From the NCBI RefSeq assembly GCF_018350175.1, contig NC_058369.1, positions 20,090,001-20,154,000 of the forward strand: 64,000 bases of DNA. Reading direction: 5' to 3'. This DNA comes from Felis catus (Eukaryota). Position numbers and translations under genes: made by a program. Below, piece by piece: positions 60,825 through 64,000 of the stretch. How positions within the stretch are numbered: the first letter of the stretch is position 1; each line of letters begins with the position of its first letter. Below the pieces are notes generated by a model that ran no database searches, had not been told where the DNA came from, and worked only from the letters and a program-made list of their open reading frames with translations.

Positions 60825-60919
60825 GAATTCCTGCTGAAGATTTTCTGTGTGTTCCGGAACCTGATGAAGATGAGTGTCTTCCCTCGGGACTGGATGGTGA
60901 TGAGACTTCTCACAAGCAA
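60825..60919 (+). CDS. DOCK3: DOCK3 coding exon (~exon 28), EFLLKIFCVFRNLMKMSVFPRDWMVMRLLTS(N)
   Basis: ggatcag| ... |gtgagt; 95 nt; FPxDWMVM motif. Confidence 0.96.
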
Positions 60920-62349
60920 GTGAGTGTGGAAGCACCAGCATCAACAGAGCTATTCTCAGACTAAGGAGAGAGAGAGTGTGTGTGTGAGAGGCAGAGAGAA
61001 AGCAAGACAGAGATGATTGCCAAGACCTTGGGGACAGAGAGAATAGGGTAAATGTGAAAAATGTTTGGAGGCACAATCAGCAGGACTTGACTGTTTAGCA
61101 TAAATTCAAGAAGAAAGCATTAAAGATAGTTCAAAATGGAGTCTTAAGTGCCTGGCAGATGATCCCATGGTTCATATAGAAAAGGAATACAAAGGATGTG
61201 AAATAATAATACCCAGAGAAGGTTGCTCCTTGAGAAAGACCTGTTTCATGGACCACTGGCCTTTGTTGCTCTCTAGTTGCAAGCAGTATCCCAAGCCCTC
61301 CTCTTCATTTGATTTGTGTTGTCTGCCAGATATTGCTTGCCTCCCACAGCTAATGCTCATTACGCACCCGAGACCTGGCTGTAAGGCTTTGACCACTTCT
61401 GAGTCCAGCCACAGAATTCACCCTTAGACTGCTCCCAGATCGCCTGTTCCATTCATATTTCTAGCCTGTACTTCTAATTGGCAAACCAGGAGAGTGATGC
61501 AGGTGGTAAGGTGCTAACTCATCTGGTTTCCCTCCACTCAGGAGAAGGCCACTTGGTTTCCAGTTTCTAGCCCTCGGCCTTCTCCCACTGATTCGCTTTT
61601 TATGTTGGCAATACATGTAACATAGTGACATTATTTATGTTAGATATTCACAAGGTATCAGTACGGTCTTTCTACTTTGTATCTTTTATGGAGCACTTTT
61701 TTTCTTTTTTCAAAATTGCAAACATTTTATAGAGAACAGAAGAATGGTTATAAACAAAGTTGCACATGTATTTCCTCAAATCATGGATTTTCCATTTGAC
61801 TCTCTTTTGTTTCTTTCTCTTAGCTCTACTCAGAGCACTTCATGGTCCTCCTCAGCCCATCCTACAGCAACAGCCTCTTCTTTTAAGGCTTTTACCTTTC
61901 AAATTTGTTACTTCCTGTGCTGGTGGACTGGTCTCTCTAATGCACTTTTTTTTGCCTTGCCTCTCTTCTGCACCAAAGCCAGGGTAGTCAGTGTTAGACA
62001 TACGTTCTTTTGCCTGGCACCTAAGGCCCTCTGTAATCAAACCCTTACCTGCCTGTCCCACTTCATTTCCTCTCTGCTTTAACCTGTGCCCTTGACTCTG
62101 GCAAGCCAGGCTCCCATTGCTCCTTGTATTTGCCCAGGCTAAAATTGAGAATGATATTCTAGACCAAAGGCTGAAAACAAATGACTTATAGATAAAAATA
62201 ATAGTATATGATAAGAGTTTATGATAAAAGGGATTTAATCATTATAAACCCTTATTATCAAGTAAAATAATAAAATTATTCTCTAAGTTCTCTGGTAGTC
62301 ATTATATACATTCATTACCCAAAAGTCCTCAAAATACTAGAATCACTCT

Positions 62350-62480
62350 TTGAACTAGAAGAAATCTTAAAGAACCAACTAACTTCCCCCACCCCCTGTA
62401 ATAGGGAGGGACCCTTGGGCTCAGGCAGAAGTTGTACCAAGGTCAGGTAATGGCAGAGCCAGGCCTAGAACCCACTGATG
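62350..62480 (-). mobile_element. MIR-family relic
   Basis: ccaaggtcag...taatggcagagccaggcctagaaccca; boundaries approximate. Confidence 0.5.
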
Positions 62481-62685
62481 TTCTATGCTGTCCTGCCAAC
62501 TATGGAGCATTTCTCCAAGACCAGTTTTCTGTGAGGTTTCTGCCATCTATCCATTTCCCTCATAGTTACATCTTATATGAGAGCAAGTTGTACTCAAGAT
62601 GTTTACTCATAGGTCATAGATGCTAAGTTGACAGATGCCATTGTTAGTCTTTTAACTCTGCCAATGCCTTGTTCCCTTACTACAG

Positions 62686-62761
62686 TATTATAGTCACTAC
62701 TGTCCAGTACCTGTCTTCTGCACTGCACAAGAATTTTACAGAGACAGACTTCGACTTTAAG
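62686..62761 (+). CDS. DOCK3: DOCK3 coding exon (~exon 29), IIVTTVQYLSSALHKNFTETDFDFK
   Basis: cccttactacag| ... |gtagga; 76 nt. Confidence 0.95.
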
Positions 62762-63281
62762 GTAGGAGCTCCTGAGATCCATTGCTATATTTGTAATAAC
62801 AGTAGAAAGCCAAAAAACAAGCTCACTGTTTTTGTTCCTGTTTTTGTTTTGCTTAAAATTAACAACGATTTTATTTTACTCACAATTTTTCAGGTCAGGA
62901 ATTTGAGATGGACTTAGCTAGGTGTCAGATGTGTGGCTGGGAGCTAGGGCAGGCTCACTGGGCTTTTGCTTTATTAATATGCTCATAGTATTGAACCACT
63001 TCCAAGTTTGATAATGACTAGGATATGACCCAAGAGTCTCCCTTTTGGAGGTACTGGGAACCAGACATCCAGGAGTAGGCTTTCTAGGCCAGAAACAACA
63101 CTATTGGTTTTAAGAGGAGTCAAGAAAAAAAAAGTTGTTTGCAAAGACATTTATACAGGAAAAAAACCAAAATCTTAAAATTGTAAAATGAATTCTGTGC
63201 TACATCCATATATTTAGAATCTCTCCTTGCAAGGTTAAGGACTTGGGCTGTCACAAGTTTTCTCTTTCTCTGTCTCTCTAG

Positions 63282-63382
63282 GTGTGGAATTCTTATTTTA
63301 GCCTGGCAGTTCTGTTCATAAATCAGCCAAGCCTTCAGCTAGAAATCATCACTTCAGCCAAGAGGAAGAAGATTATAGATAA
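63282..63382 (+). CDS. DOCK3: DOCK3 coding exon (~exon 30), VWNSYFSLAVLFINQPSLQLEIITSAKRKKIID(K)
   Basis: tgtctctctag| ... |gtaaga; 101 nt. Confidence 0.96.
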
Positions 63383-63644
63383 GTAAGACATATGTTTCTT
63401 ATTCACCTCCCTACCACACATCCAGATAGGGTTATGTTTCCATGAGTGGTTCCTCAGAAGTCCACAAGGTTCTCACTGGGTAGCTTTCCAAAAAGCCAAT
63501 GTGAGAGTTCAGTTGACAGCCAAATGATGTAGTGCTGGGGGAAGCATTAGAGACAGTGCTGAAGTGCTAGCCTTATTGGGTTTATAGCCCCACCTTCCTG
63601 AACCTTCTCCCACTGAAAGCTGGATCCTGTGTTATTATTTCCAG

Positions 63645-63703
63645 GTATGGGGACATGCGTGTGATGATGGCTTATGAACTGTTCAGCATGTGGCAGAATT
63701 TGG
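63645..63703 (+). CDS. DOCK3: DOCK3 coding exon (~exon 31), YGDMRVMMAYELFSMWQNL(G)
   Basis: tattatttccag| ... |gtaggt; 59 nt; KYGDMR motif. Confidence 0.95.
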
Positions 63704-64000
63704 GTAGGTCTTTTCTCCCTATTTTTCTCTTCCACATATTGCATAGCCAAATAAAAAGTGATAAGACTAGTAACTTCCCCCAGGTTTTATGGATGTTAAT
63801 TCAGACCAAAGTGACCTTTACATATCTTTAACATAACACCTCAGGTGGAAGTTGCCACACATGTACACGGAGCCTCTTAGAGGGAGAGTTAGGCTGAGAA
63901 GCAAGACCCCAGTAACACACATGCACGTTCCCTTTTTTGAGAACTAAAGTCCAAAGGAGAAGAGTATGAAGGCTCTAGGAGTTTTTTCCAGCTTAAGAAC

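Noticed and set aside
5755..63703. Pseudogenisation, missing exons or non-canonical (U12 or GC-AG) introns in DOCK3
   Set aside because: All 19 exons join in frame without stops and every intron is GT-AG. I saw no GTATCCTT U12 donor.
1..64000. A novel prokaryote-like system (CRISPR array, operon, defence island)
   Set aside because: The window is mammalian intron/exon DNA. All repeated units are dispersed SINE/LINE copies, TSDs or microsatellites, and there is no repeat-spacer array.

Overview
This is mammalian genomic DNA from a felid, judged by the many SINEC_Fc-type tRNA-derived CAN-SINEs and carnivore/felid L1s. It covers the middle of DOCK3 (dedicator of cytokinesis 3, a Rac GEF) on the + strand. 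Nineteen consecutive coding exons (5755-63703, 2216 nt in total) all have GT-AG boundaries and compatible phases. They splice into one open frame from ...CNNESEWSQIHENII... through the DHR-1/C2 domain and ARM region to ...YGDMRVMMAYELFSMWQNL. The numbering as exons ~13-31 is recalled from human DOCK3 and is approximate. The introns are filled with retroelements: about 22 CAN-SINEs, young and old L1s, MIR/L2 relics and hAT (MER) relics. I found no prokaryote-type system and nothing I can call a new biological system. The best second-look items are: (1) an in-frame alternative 5' splice site that toggles a 14-aa CxxC-containing insert, flanked by QKI and RBFOX motifs; (2) a ~200-bp TSD-flanked, polyadenylated orphan retrocopy made of antisense old-L1 sequence; (3) a young L1 joined to an old L1 at the homologous position; (4) a near-full-length old L1 with an internal inversion; (5) a target site duplicated three times; (6) two palindromic, apparently templated insertions. 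Most ORFs in the supplied track are spurious, or are L1/SINE fragments.
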